From: Salinivirgaceae bacterium
GTDB taxonomy: Bacteria; Bacteroidota; Bacteroidia; Bacteroidales; SZUA-534
Length of the DNA stretch: 64,000 bases
Direction of reading: 5' to 3'
NCBI GenBank assembly: GCA_017551905.1
Contig: JAFZKK010000161.1
Coordinates: 64,599-128,598 of the forward strand
The position numbers were made by a program, and so were the translations under genes. Under the pieces are notes generated by a model, which saw only the letters and a list, made by a program, of their open reading frames with translations, was not told the DNA's origin and made no database searches. Each line of letters begins with the position of its first letter. Position 1 is the first letter of the stretch. This document shows, piece by piece, positions 26,887 to 36,800 of the stretch.

Positions 26887-27699
26887 ATGAAAAAGTTTAA
26901 TTCTTTATTAGCCATATCATTAAGCGCAGCGGTGCTTATAGCTTGCAATGGCAACAATTCAGGGAAGAAGGACAAAAACGTCAACGAAATCACTGAAGTT
27001 TCAGTTGACCAGATAATTGAGGATTTGGAGAATATTCCGACGCCTACAGCTTTCGAGTTGATGACAACCATAAACAAAATGGGCATTCCATACGTTATGG
27101 ACGCCACCAACAGCCTTGCCAACCAGCAAAATTACCTGAGCTCGTGGCAGAAATCGCTCAACCTTGGCGTCTATGCTGCCGACTTGTGCTACAATGTGGC
27201 GTTTGGCAAGAAAGCCGAATCGGAAGAATATATGAAATGCCTGTTGCTTCTGGCAAGCGACCTCAACATCAGCGTTGATGCCGACAAAATTTCGAGCGAG
27301 TTCCAAGGCAACATCAACAATGTCGATTCGTTGGCCGTTCTTGTAAAAGACTTGCTCAGCGATTCGCAATACATTCTGAATCAGACAAGTCAGACCGAAA
27401 CAGCCTTGTTGTTCCTTATCGGAAGTTGGATTGAGAGCGCTCACATCTGCACATCGGCAACTGAGACAAGCCACAACGTTGACGAAATGATTGAGGTTGG
27501 AATGAAGCATTTTGAGTATGTCGACACCATCATGAAATATTTGGAAAGCCGCAAAGACAATTCCGATTTCAGCGACATCTACACTCAGCTGCAATCAATC
27601 AAAACATCGCTTGAGAACTTGAAGGAGGACAGAACCAATTCCGACAAGTTTGAGGATTTGAGCATTGCAATAAACTCTCTGCGTAATAGCATAGTCTAA
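26887..27699 (+). CDS. hypothetical helical lipoprotein
   Basis: MKKFNSLLAISLSAAVLIACNG is a signal peptide with lipobox. I chose the start at 26887 rather than the longer ORF start at 26848. No recognised domain. Confidence 0.7.
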   Translation: MKKFNSLLAISLSAAVLIACNGNNSGKKDKNVNEITEVSVDQIIEDLENIPTPTAFELMTTINKMGIPYVMDATNSLANQQNYLSSWQKSLNLGVYAADLCYNVAFGKKAESEEYMKCLLLLASDLNISVDADKISSEFQGNINNVDSLAVLVKDLLSDSQYILNQTSQTETALLFLIGSWIESAHICTSATETSHNVDEMIEVGMKHFEYVDTIMKYLESRKDNSDFSDIYTQLQSIKTSLENLKEDRTNSDKFEDLSIAINSLRNSIV

Positions 27700-27723
27700 T
27701 GTTTCTCATAATCACAATGTGAC

Positions 27724-27758
27724 CTAAGGCGTCCCAAAAGGACGCCTTAGTTGTTTTT
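27724..27758 (+). terminator. intrinsic terminator
   Basis: CTAAGGCGTCC-caaaa-GGACGCCTTAG followed by TTGTTTTT. Confidence 0.75.
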
Positions 27759-27779
27759 ATGAATGCCCGTTAAGTGGTT

Positions 27780-28403
27780 TTACTCCACCGCCGCGCAATA
27801 AAACTGGTTGCATTGGTCGGCGCTGATGTGGTGTTCGGTTATGATGCCGGTCTGCAGGTCGCATACCGATAGTTTGTTGATTTGCGAAATGTAGAGTTGC
27901 GAGTATCGGATTTTGTTTTTGCGCTGCAAATCAGTTGTGTAATCAACGGCCAGGCGGATTTCGAGCTCGTTCAGATTGTCTTTTGAGAAAATGTAAAGCC
28001 CAAACTCGTTGAAAGAACCATAAAAGCCGTCGGCAACCTTCTGCACCTTGTTTTTGATAATGCGCTTGAGCGGCAACGCCAGCGACCAATAGCGCCGTTC
28101 CAGCTCGCCCATGAACTGCCCGTCGGTAAGGCCGTAGGAGTAACCATATTGCAGGGTGCGATGTTTATCGTTTTCGGTTAGATTGAAGATTTCGGCGCCA
28201 GCCATTTCGTTTACCAGCCATTCGGCCTCAATCTTGTTCTCTTTTATGGCACGTGTAACCTCAATACCGATGCTGCGCTCCAGGTCTTGCAAATCGGGAC
28301 GGTCGGCGTTTTGCAGATGCGCAAAATGCTCGCCCAATATGCTGCGAAGCGTTATCATGGCGTAACGCTCAAAAAAGCACGTGTCGAATTTCGGTTTATC
28401 CAT
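27780..28403 (-). CDS. hypothetical protein with PD-(D/E)xK nuclease-like motif
   Basis: Start at ATG 28403 (MDKPKFD...); the track's 28436 start is TTG. The segment ...FFERYAMITL...NADRPDLQDLERSIGIEVTRAIK resembles an E...PD...(D/E)xK core with R in place of K. No other recognisable domain. Confidence 0.5.
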   Translation of the reverse strand: MDKPKFDTCFFERYAMITLRSILGEHFAHLQNADRPDLQDLERSIGIEVTRAIKENKIEAEWLVNEMAGAEIFNLTENDKHRTLQYGYSYGLTDGQFMGELERRYWSLALPLKRIIKNKVQKVADGFYGSFNEFGLYIFSKDNLNELEIRLAVDYTTDLQRKNKIRYSQLYISQINKLSVCDLQTGIITEHHISADQCNQFYCAAVE

Positions 28404-28500
28404 ACCGATAAAATTAAAAAGAAATCGTTGTCGCAAGCAACGCTTTTCCCGAAATTTTAGCGTACAACGGGCTAAAAGGCCGATGTGGCGGAGGACTATT

Positions 28501-29229
28501 CTATGCGAGTAGGGCTACAACACCGCCAACAGCCATATAGGCGTATATTATTTTCCGCAATATGGGCAGCGGCAGTTTGTTGAACAGCAACCGGCCTATC
28601 TGCGTCCCGACAATGATGCCGGCAAAGGCGTAAAGACAGCACCAACCAACCGTAGGCGTCATAAAACCGCTGTGAGCGCGATAGCCTGTCATAACCACAT
28701 TGCCAATGAAGAAATATGCTTGTGTTGCAGCCAGATAGCGCACTTTGTCGGTTTCGGAAGCCACAAAATAGAGTACTGCCGGAGGCCCCTGCATGGCGAA
28801 CAAACCGCCCATAAGTCCGCTCAAAGTTCCCATCGACAGCTGTATGGGCAGAGTTGGTTTTAGGTGAATTTTCTCACTGATTACCAAAAAGTAACAACTC
28901 ATCACTATAAGTATTACTCCAAGCAAATGCTTAAGGTGAGTGTCGGCGGCCATTGATACATACTGAACGGCAAAGAATGATACCACGATGAATGTCAGCA
29001 ATATAGGCAAGACGTGCCGCCAGTTGATTTGCCGATAGACGGTTGTAAGCACATAGAGCGACTGCAATGCCGACAGAATGCCGGAAAGCATTGTCGCCTC
29101 GCCATACGACGGCATAATGTGCGGCAACACCGTCATAATGAAAATGCCGAACCCGAACCCGCTAACACGCTGAACCACACTGGCTCCCGTGCAAAAAAGT
29201 ACCAAAAGGATTATCGCCGTTGTTGTCAT
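28501..29229 (-). CDS. TauE/SafE (TSUP) family anion exporter permease
   Basis: Polytopic membrane protein with a two-fold repeat and G-rich helices (GFGFGIF..., GTLSGLMGGLFAMQGPP). I prefer ATG at 29229 because the GTG at 29247 overlaps the upstream terminator tail. Confidence 0.75.
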   Translation of the reverse strand: MTTTAIILLVLFCTGASVVQRVSGFGFGIFIMTVLPHIMPSYGEATMLSGILSALQSLYVLTTVYRQINWRHVLPILLTFIVVSFFAVQYVSMAADTHLKHLLGVILIVMSCYFLVISEKIHLKPTLPIQLSMGTLSGLMGGLFAMQGPPAVLYFVASETDKVRYLAATQAYFFIGNVVMTGYRAHSGFMTPTVGWCCLYAFAGIIVGTQIGRLLFNKLPLPILRKIIYAYMAVGGVVALLA

Positions 29230-29244
29230 GGACGTTCTTTTCGG

Positions 29245-29272
29245 CACAAAATTAAATCCGTTTCGGATTTAA
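29245..29272 (-). terminator. intrinsic terminator after the TPR gene
   Basis: The minus strand reads TTAAATCCG-aaa-CGGATTTAA followed by TTTTGTG. Confidence 0.5.
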
Positions 29273-29315
29273 GAGAGGCGAGAAGGTGTTTTTTTTGAGT
29301 TAAAACGAGATGCCA

Positions 29316-30482
29316 TTAATCCTTAACCATAATAACCTCAACACCATCGTCAGACATCTTTCCGCCCTCGAAAAACTCCTCCTCTTTCAGTTTGTCGAGA
29401 CGATAGTCGACATACTCGAAGATGCTACGGTTAGCCTTAGTGCGAGGCAAGTCGGAATCTTTGATTTTTTGCAGCCAAAGGCGCTCGTTGTCGCGGTCGT
29501 ACATACGGCGGTAGGCAGTGGCTATGTAGTACTGGCGGGTGAGCGTTGGCTCGTACTGAAGTGCCGATTGTATCATTTTGATACTATTGTGAATACAAGT
29601 GTTATACTTCAGTTTGTCGCTGTCATAATATTGGTGTGCGTATTCATCGTAGAACTGAGCTCGTATATCGAAAATCTCCGCCATCGAAGCCGAATCAGCT
29701 TGGCAGAGTTCGAAGCCTATCTGCGTGTAGATTAGCACATTGTTGCGGTCTTTTGTATAGTTCGACACGCGCGCCAACGCCTTCACAATGGGCAGACTCG
29801 CAAACATCGATTTTTCGGCGGCCATCAGTATAAAGTCGTGGGCGCGCTCGGGAATGCTGCAGCACTCGTAGGTGCGGCCAATGTAGAAGAGCAAGGCCGG
29901 ATTCTCGTCGCCATTTTTGTAGGCATCAAGGAAAAGGTCGAGAGCGGGGTAGTAGTCTTTCTTGATAAAAAGCGCCCGCCCCATCTGTTTGTTAACCAAC
30001 TGGTTGGTCGAATCGAGTTTGTAATATGCCTGGCAGACGGCCAATGCGGTGTCGGCCATTTGTTCGCCGTTGTAGTAGGTGGCAATGTCGGTCACCACGG
30101 CGGCGTCCATCGGGTTGACGGCCAAAATCTGCCGCCCGCAATCAATTCGCAGCGAGTCGTCGGCGCCCATCTTCTGAAGACAGTTGTAACGCAGTTTAAT
30201 ATGCTGATACACAACCGTATCAGCCATAAGCGTATCGGTAAGCGCAAGGCATTTGACATACTGCCCACGCTTGAAGTAACACTGTGCCAGTTTGTACATC
30301 ACCGTGTCGCTGCTGCCCAAAAGAAGCGCTTGCTCGTAACAGAGCATCGAGTTGTAGGTGTCATTCATCCGCATACACGAATCGCCGCGGGCCACAAGTG
30401 AAGCCGCCTCGCGCGACATTGTCTGCCCGGAAGCCGTCAACGTTGCCGACAAGAATGCAAGTGTCAGAAGTAGGTTTTTCAT
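29316..30482 (-). CDS. secreted TPR-like repeat protein
   Basis: Signal peptide MKNLLLTLAFLSATLTASGQ. All-helical, with TPR-like A/Y/L periodicity. Located downstream of blaI/blaR but separated from them by a terminator. Confidence 0.65.
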   Translation of the reverse strand: MKNLLLTLAFLSATLTASGQTMSREAASLVARGDSCMRMNDTYNSMLCYEQALLLGSSDTVMYKLAQCYFKRGQYVKCLALTDTLMADTVVYQHIKLRYNCLQKMGADDSLRIDCGRQILAVNPMDAAVVTDIATYYNGEQMADTALAVCQAYYKLDSTNQLVNKQMGRALFIKKDYYPALDLFLDAYKNGDENPALLFYIGRTYECCSIPERAHDFILMAAEKSMFASLPIVKALARVSNYTKDRNNVLIYTQIGFELCQADSASMAEIFDIRAQFYDEYAHQYYDSDKLKYNTCIHNSIKMIQSALQYEPTLTRQYYIATAYRRMYDRDNERLWLQKIKDSDLPRTKANRSIFEYVDYRLDKLKEEEFFEGGKMSDDGVEVIMVKD

Positions 30483-30523
30483 AATGGTTAATTGTCGGGT
30501 TTAATGATTAGTTTTTTGTTATC

Positions 30524-30553
30524 AAAAACGAAAGCCCGCCGAAGCGAGCCTTC
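30524..30553 (-). terminator. intrinsic terminator after the BlaR1-like gene
   Basis: The minus strand reads GAAGGCTCGC-ttcg-GCGGGCTTTC followed by GTTTTTG. Two G-U pairs make the hairpin specific to the minus strand. Confidence 0.6.
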
Positions 30554-30580
30554 GTGTGCGTCAGGCAAAACAATTGGTTT

Positions 30581-32023
30581 TCAGTCGAGTTTAAAGTTGA
30601 TTGGAATATCAAATGAAGTGCGGACCTTTGTATTGTGGTATAATGCCGGACTCCATTTCGGCATTGATTTAATAACTTCAATAGCCGCATTGTCAAGCGA
30701 CTCGTGTACACTTTTTACAATTCCAACTCCACTAACATTACCTTTGTGGTCAACATCAAAACTTACAATAACTGTTCCTTCAATTCTATTCTTTTTGGCA
30801 TATTCCGGATATACAATGTGATTTGCAATATACTTTCTCATTTCAAGTTCACCACCTGGAAATTCCGGCTTAACATCGGGTTCAAAGACGAATGCCCCCT
30901 CCACAACTTGGCCGTCATCAGGCACCGTCATAGCCTCAAGTTCTTCTTGAGATACAGGTCTGACTGTTCCGTCGGACATCACCATAGAAAGAGATAAATG
31001 ACTTTCTTCACCAGTTTCGTCATCTACCCTATCAACAGCTAATAGTATACCTTCATTTGGAATATTACCACCCGTCAATTCAAGAATCTGATTGTATTGG
31101 TCGGCGGGCATTTTTTCCAAATTCTGCGAATCAGGATTTTTTGTAATTTCGCCTTCGGTTTTTGAGCAATTCGCGAAAGCAATGGCTGCGAAAGCCGCAA
31201 TCGGTAGGACATAGAGTGCCTTGACCAATGTCCAACCTGACGATTTTTTACGTGACATCATAGTTATTCGATATTTAAGTTTACTGTGATTAAGGCTGTT
31301 GGCGATTGAATACCACTTCCCGCCGGCAGCCTTCTTAATTAATAGAATTTGATATTGTTTTGCATTGACGCCTGAATCAAGAACGGCCTTGTCGGCCTCG
31401 TACTCGTGGATTGCGCACAACTCCTGGCGCAGTAGCCACATTGCCGGATTGAACCACTGAAGGCAGCAAAGCACGTCGCACACCAAAAGGTCGATTGAGT
31501 GGCGGTAGCGGATATGCGCCTGCTCGTGGGTGAGCACCTGCTGAAGGTTCTCATCGTGGTCTTTACGGCTGATAATGATATATTTAACCCAACTGAACGG
31601 CGCCTGCTCGCCATCGACAACCACCAACACCGAACCATCGTCGAGCTGTTGGCGCTGGCCGCGACGCACAATCCGCAGCACACCTATTATAGAGACAATC
31701 ATCCGCACAAAGCACGCCACAATGCCCGCGTAGAAGGCCATCACGGCCACTGTCCGCCAATCGATTGCGCGGGCTGCACCGCCGCCCACAATCACCTCCT
31801 CGAGCATCACCACCGACTGCGACACGCTGCGGCTCACCACGGCGGGGCTGTCGGCGCTAACCGTCAGGTGGCAGAATGGCAGCGCGAACGAGAGCACCAT
31901 TGTGCCCAAAATCAGGAAACGGTTGGCGCGGTGAAGAGTCTCGCGGCTCATCAACGACTTGAACATCAAATAGAAAGCTATCAGAAACACCGACACTTTC
32001 AAACTGTAAACAATTGCCTCCAT
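30581..32023 (-). CDS. BlaR1/MecR1-type M56 metallopeptidase signal transducer fused to a TonB C-terminal domain
   Basis: N-terminal TM helices, HExxH (LTHEQAHIRYRHSIDLL) and a C-terminal TonB_C-like segment (PEFPGGELEMRKYIANHIVYPEYAKKNRIEGTVIVSFDVDHKGNVS...). Confidence 0.85.
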   Translation of the reverse strand: MEAIVYSLKVSVFLIAFYLMFKSLMSRETLHRANRFLILGTMVLSFALPFCHLTVSADSPAVVSRSVSQSVVMLEEVIVGGGAARAIDWRTVAVMAFYAGIVACFVRMIVSIIGVLRIVRRGQRQQLDDGSVLVVVDGEQAPFSWVKYIIISRKDHDENLQQVLTHEQAHIRYRHSIDLLVCDVLCCLQWFNPAMWLLRQELCAIHEYEADKAVLDSGVNAKQYQILLIKKAAGGKWYSIANSLNHSKLKYRITMMSRKKSSGWTLVKALYVLPIAAFAAIAFANCSKTEGEITKNPDSQNLEKMPADQYNQILELTGGNIPNEGILLAVDRVDDETGEESHLSLSMVMSDGTVRPVSQEELEAMTVPDDGQVVEGAFVFEPDVKPEFPGGELEMRKYIANHIVYPEYAKKNRIEGTVIVSFDVDHKGNVSGVGIVKSVHESLDNAAIEVIKSMPKWSPALYHNTKVRTSFDIPINFKLD

Positions 32024-32027
32024 AGTT

Positions 32028-32384
32028 CTATTGTTTTTCGATTTGACTGATTAGTTCCTTAAGCTCATCGACCGAAATGTCCTCCTCGCTCACCAATGCC
32101 GACACGGCGCTGCGGTACGAGTTCTGGAAATATTTGCCAATGATTCCACGCAAGGTCTGCTTGCCGAACTCGTCGCGGCTGACGGCTGCAAAATACTGAT
32201 ACGTAGGCCCGTATGCCTTGTGACCGACGTAGCCCTTGGCCTCCAACGTGCGCACCATTGTCGAAATGGTGTTGAAGTGCGGTTTGGGGTCGGGGTAGAG
32301 CTCCACAAGGTCGCGGACAAACATCGGCCCCCGCTCCCAAAAGAAGTTCATCACTTCTTCTTCTTTTTTGGTAATCTTTTCCAT
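32028..32384 (-). CDS. BlaI/MecI/CopY-family transcriptional repressor
   Basis: 118 aa. Winged-helix N-terminus (ITKKEEEVMNFFWERGPMFVRDLVELYPDPKPHFNTISTMVRTLEAKGYV). Ends 4 nt upstream of the blaR-like gene. Confidence 0.9.
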   Translation of the reverse strand: MEKITKKEEEVMNFFWERGPMFVRDLVELYPDPKPHFNTISTMVRTLEAKGYVGHKAYGPTYQYFAAVSRDEFGKQTLRGIIGKYFQNSYRSAVSALVSEEDISVDELKELISQIEKQ

Positions 32385-32600
32385 TGTTTCCTGTTTCGTT
32401 TAATCGGTGAACTGGTGAATCGGTGAATCGAAAAGGTGAGAGGTAAGGGTTTAGGGTTTAGAGGGTTTAGCGCTTCGCTGTTTAGAAGGTTTAGTCTCTA
32501 AACCATCTCAACATTCTCGACTATCTCAACCATTATCATTCTCTCCACCAACACGTTTCACCACCATTCACACAATTTTCAAATAACTTATAGTGCAAAT

Positions 32601-32642
32601 ATAACTATAAAAATGTTTCGTGCAACTATTTTTTATAGTTAT
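32601..32642. promoter_or_regulatory. 13-bp perfect inverted repeat ATAACTATAAAAA-N16-TTTTTATAGTTAT
   Basis: Seen directly. Lies between the OMP gene stop (32688) and the blaI-like operon upstream region. It could be an AT-rich terminator or an operator. Confidence 0.35.
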
Positions 32643-32687
32643 ATGAAATATTTTTTTAGTGAGGAAGCGTGTGATGGTAGGAAAAAC

Positions 32688-33377
32688 TCAAAACCTACAA
32701 GTTGCCGAAAGACTAAACGATTGATTTTTAATCGTGTTGTCGCTATTGCCAGAAGGTTGGATGTTTAGCAGACCGGCGTCATATCCGAAGCGCAGACCGA
32801 AATTCTTTATTATCTCATAGCCTATAGCCAAGCCCACACCGGCATCAGCACGGTGGAAATGGTCTCCTTCTTGGTTGCGCAAAAGGTCTCTTTCTTCGTC
32901 ACCAAAACGGAGGTCGTCTTTGGTTTTGGTGACTTCGCCATTAATATCGGTCTTTACTTTGTATTTTCCTGCAGCGGCTATGCCAAAATATGGTCCGGCT
33001 AGGAAATAAAGACGACCGAAGTTCAAACGTATATCAACCGGAACTGTAACATAGAGCAGATTGATTTTTTTGCGGGTTTTTATCACAAATTTTGGAGTCG
33101 GATACTCATCATAATTGATAGAAAAACCCTTCATCTCAACGTTTGCGCCGGCTTCGATTGAAACATTATTATTAAGCACATAATCGGCAAAAAGACCGAC
33201 ATTGAAGCCTGGCTTAGCCACTTTGTCGTCTATTCCTGGAAATTGTTTTCCGCCATTGCCCGTAGTGTTGATGTTTGTGGCGTTAAATCCGGCCTTTGCG
33301 CCAACTGATATTTGTGCCGACACATTATTGGCCACAATTAACAACAATGCCGCAGCAATAATTCCAATCTTTTTCAT
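32688..33377 (-). CDS. small outer-membrane beta-barrel protein (OmpA-beta-barrel/porin-like family)
   Basis: Start at ATG 33377 (MKKIGIIAAALLLIVANNVSAQ). Alternating beta-strand pattern with C-terminal ...SLSATCRF. The track's longer ORF (to 33482) overlaps trxA and is spurious. Confidence 0.75.
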   Translation of the reverse strand: MKKIGIIAAALLLIVANNVSAQISVGAKAGFNATNINTTGNGGKQFPGIDDKVAKPGFNVGLFADYVLNNNVSIEAGANVEMKGFSINYDEYPTPKFVIKTRKKINLLYVTVPVDIRLNFGRLYFLAGPYFGIAAAGKYKVKTDINGEVTKTKDDLRFGDEERDLLRNQEGDHFHRADAGVGLAIGYEIIKNFGLRFGYDAGLLNIQPSGNSDNTIKNQSFSLSATCRF

Positions 33378-33400
33378 CTTGCTGATAATAAGAATATTAA

Positions 33401-33428
33401 AATGAATGCCGCATAGGCGGCATTCATT
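33401..33428 (-). terminator. hairpin terminator after trxA
   Basis: Perfect 12-bp palindrome AATGAATGCCGC-atag-GCGGCATTCATT, followed on the minus strand by TTAATATTCTT. Confidence 0.45.
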
Positions 33429-33429
33429 A

Positions 33430-33747
33430 TTAAAGCAATGCGTCGATTTTCTGCGCCAGCATCGGTTTAGGAGCGGCACCAACTTGCTTGTCGACCACCT
33501 CGCCGCCTTTGAAGAACAGCAGAGTGGGGATGTTGCGGATGCCGTACTGTGCCGGAATGTTCTCGGCCTCGTCGACGTTCATTTTGAGAATCTTAACGCG
33601 GCCTTCGTAATCGGCGGCAAGCTCCTCAACTATCGGAAGAAGCATCTTGCAAGGGCCGCACCACTCCGCCCAAAAATCAACTACCACGGGAATTGCCGAT
33701 TTCAGCACTTCGGCCTCAAAATCGGCGTCGGTTATTCTTTGTGCCAT
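33430..33747 (-). CDS. trxA: thioredoxin
   Basis: 105 aa with the WCGPC active site and canonical thioredoxin length. Confidence 0.95.
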   Translation of the reverse strand: MAQRITDADFEAEVLKSAIPVVVDFWAEWCGPCKMLLPIVEELAADYEGRVKILKMNVDEAENIPAQYGIRNIPTLLFFKGGEVVDKQVGAAPKPMLAQKIDALL

Positions 33748-33814
33748 AATTATGTTTTTTAAGTGTTACAAATTTTCCAAAGTTACATTTTCCTGAATAC
33801 AATCAAGCTTTTTT

Positions 33815-36800
33815 CTATGCGTTTACATCGGGTTCGTCCTGCATAATGGTATTTTCTTTTTCCTCCTCCTCGGTGGCGTTCTCCAGCTCGATACGATGGC
33901 GCGTGTATTGGCCGTCGTTTATCGCGTATGAGAATACGTCGCTTGAATTTTCGAGAAAATCGACAACATTATCGGTTATCTTTATCGCCTTTTTGCTTGC
34001 CAAAAGATTGACTGTCAGATTTTTTTCTTCGTCATAGATTTTGAAATTGAGCGTCACATTTCCTTTCTCTTTGAAGGCTTTGTCGAACGTGTCGACCAAG
34101 TTTTTGCTGATGTTGTTGACGTTTATCACAATGCAGAGTTTGCGCACAAAATCCTCGCGGATGTTGGTGAGCAGCCTGATGGTTGTTATGTGGATGTCGA
34201 GCGGACGTTTTCCCTCTTTGTCGGGGAATTGGCGCTCCTCGATTCTCGCCTTGACATATATCGACTGGTCTTTCTTCACATTCTTTCCGAACGCCTCGTA
34301 ATCTTTGCCGAACAACCATATTTTACGGCCGCCGATATAGTCTTCGACGGTGAAGTTCATACACGGTTTGCCGGTTTTGGTTGTCGTCTCGTTCACCTCG
34401 GTTACAAGTCCGCCAAACGACACCTCGCGACCTTTATATTGCTCAAGCTGTTCCAAATCGACAGGCGAGATGTTGCAGAAATGCTCAAGCTCGAATTTCA
34501 CGTTGTCGAGCGGGTGTCCCGACAGGAAGATGCCCACATGCTCCTTTTCCAAGTTGAGTTTCTCGAGCAGCGGCATGTCGGGCAAATCGGGGATGTGTGG
34601 GTGCGGAATGGCTATGGAGTCGCTCATTGAGCCGAACAGCGTGTTGGTGTTGTTCTGCTTGTCGGCCTGGCAGTTGTTGCCGTAACGCATCAGCGCGTCG
34701 AGGAAGCGGTCTTCGTTCGACTCACCCATGAATATTTCGCGTTTGACTCCAAGATTGTCGAAAGCGCCCGCAAAAGCAAGGCTCTGAATGGTTTTCGAGT
34801 TGCAGGCCGTCAGGTTGATGCGCTCCACAAAGTCGAAGATGTCTTTGAACTTGCCGTTTTTCTGGCGCTCGTTCACAATTGACTCGACAGCCGCGGTGCC
34901 CACGCCTTTGATGCCGCCCAAGCCGAACCTGATATCGCCTTTCTTGTTGGCAATGAAGTTCAACTCCGACTCATTGACATCGGGACCCATAACGTTGATT
35001 TTCATCACCTTGCACTCCTCCATAAACTTCTTGACATCGGAGATGGAGTCTTTGCTCTGGGTAAGGAGGGCCGCCATATACTCAGCCGGATAGTGCGCTT
35101 TAAGATAGCCGGTCTGATAGGCCACCCACGCATAGCAGGCGGCGTGCGACTTGTTGAACGCGTAGGAAGCGAATTTTTCCCAGTCGGCCCAGATTTTCAG
35201 CAGAATTGTCTCGTCGTGGCCGTTCTTTTTTCCGCCCTCGATGAATTTCGGCTTCAGCATGGCCAACATTGCGGCAATCTTTTTACCCATGGCCTTACGC
35301 AGCGTATCGGCTTCGCCACGGGTGAAGTTGGCAAGCAAGCGGCTCAGCAGCATCACCTGTTCCTGATAAACTGTAACTCCGTATGTATCTTTCAGATACG
35401 TCTCCATCACAGGAATGTCGTAGGTGATAGGCTCGCGGCCTTGTTTGCGGGCAATGAACTGTGGAATGTAGTCCATCGGGCCCGGGCGGTAGAGTGCGTT
35501 CATGGCTATCAGGTCGGTGATTTGCGTGGGTTGAAGCTCACACAAATATTTCCTCATGCCGGGGCTTTCAAATTGGAACGTACCAATGGTGCGGCCCTCG
35601 CTGTATAGTTTGTAGGTCAGTTTGTCATCAATTGGGATGTGGTCGATATCAACATCAATGCCGTGCGTTTTCTTCACATTTCTTATGGCCTCTTTGATTA
35701 GCGACAATGTGCTCAATCCCAGAAAGTCCATTTTTATTAAACCAACACTTTCAACAACGTGCCCATCGTATTGTGTTACAACCACGTCTTGGTTTGTTTT
35801 GCGGTCTTTGACGGTGCACACAGGCGCAAAGTTGGTCAGGTCGTCGGCACCGATGATGACACCGCAGGCATGGATGCCAATCTGGCGATTGGTGTCTTCA
35901 AGCTCCTCGGCATATTTGAGGACGGACGGGATTTCCTCGGCAAACTCGCCGAGCTTGATTTTCTCGGTGTCGTTGCCTTTCATAAGTTGCTCCCTAAACT
36001 CCTGCACATATTTGTAGGTGTTTTTCAGGTTTACTTTCGGCATTTTTTTCGGGAGCTCTTTCTCGACTGCTTTCACCTGACCTTCAGTAAATTCGCGCTC
36101 AGGAATCAGTTTTTTGATTTCGTTCGAGATGTTGAGCGGAATCTTCTGCACACGGCACACGTCGGCAATCGACGATTTGGCGGCCATTGTTCCGTAGGTG
36201 ATGATGTGCGCGACTTTTTCGGCACCATATTTCTGTGTAACCCAGTCCAATACCTTGCCGCGGCCCTCATCGTCGAAGTCAACGTCGATATCGGGTAGCG
36301 ATATACGGTCGGGGTTGAGGAAACGCTCGAACAGCAAGTCGTACTTGAGCGGGTCGAGGTCGGTGATACGTAGGCAGTAGGCCACCACCGAGCCCGCCGC
36401 CGAACCACGACCCGGACCGACGCTTACGCCCAACTCCTCGCGTGCGGCACGTATATAATCCTGAACTATAAGGAAATAGCCCGGGAAACCCATGGTCTTC
36501 ATAATATGAAGCTCGAAGGTTATGCGGTCGGTCTGCTCCTTGGTAAGCGTATCGCCATAGCGTTTGTGAGCGCCGTCCCATGTGAGTTTTGCCAAATAAT
36601 CGGCTTCAAGTTTTATTCTATATAACTTATCGTAATCGCCTAATTTCTTGATTTTTTTCTCGGCTTCCTCAGGTGACATTTGTTTTTTGTTGCCTTGGTC
36701 GTCGAGTATGGAGGTGAACTCGTCGTAGAGCTCCTGCTCGCTGATTTTCTTTCGGTATTCCTCTTCGGTGCCAAAATCTTCAGGGATAGGGAATTTAGGC

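Noticed and set aside
33378-33482. N-terminal extensions offered by the ORF track (33482 for the OMP, 42279 for holB, 63707 for giant C, 26848 and 16198 for the lipoproteins, 28436, 29247, 41019).
   Set aside because: The extensions overlap neighbouring genes or terminators, use non-ATG codons, or place junk residues ahead of a canonical signal peptide or conserved N-terminus. Internal ATG starts were chosen instead.
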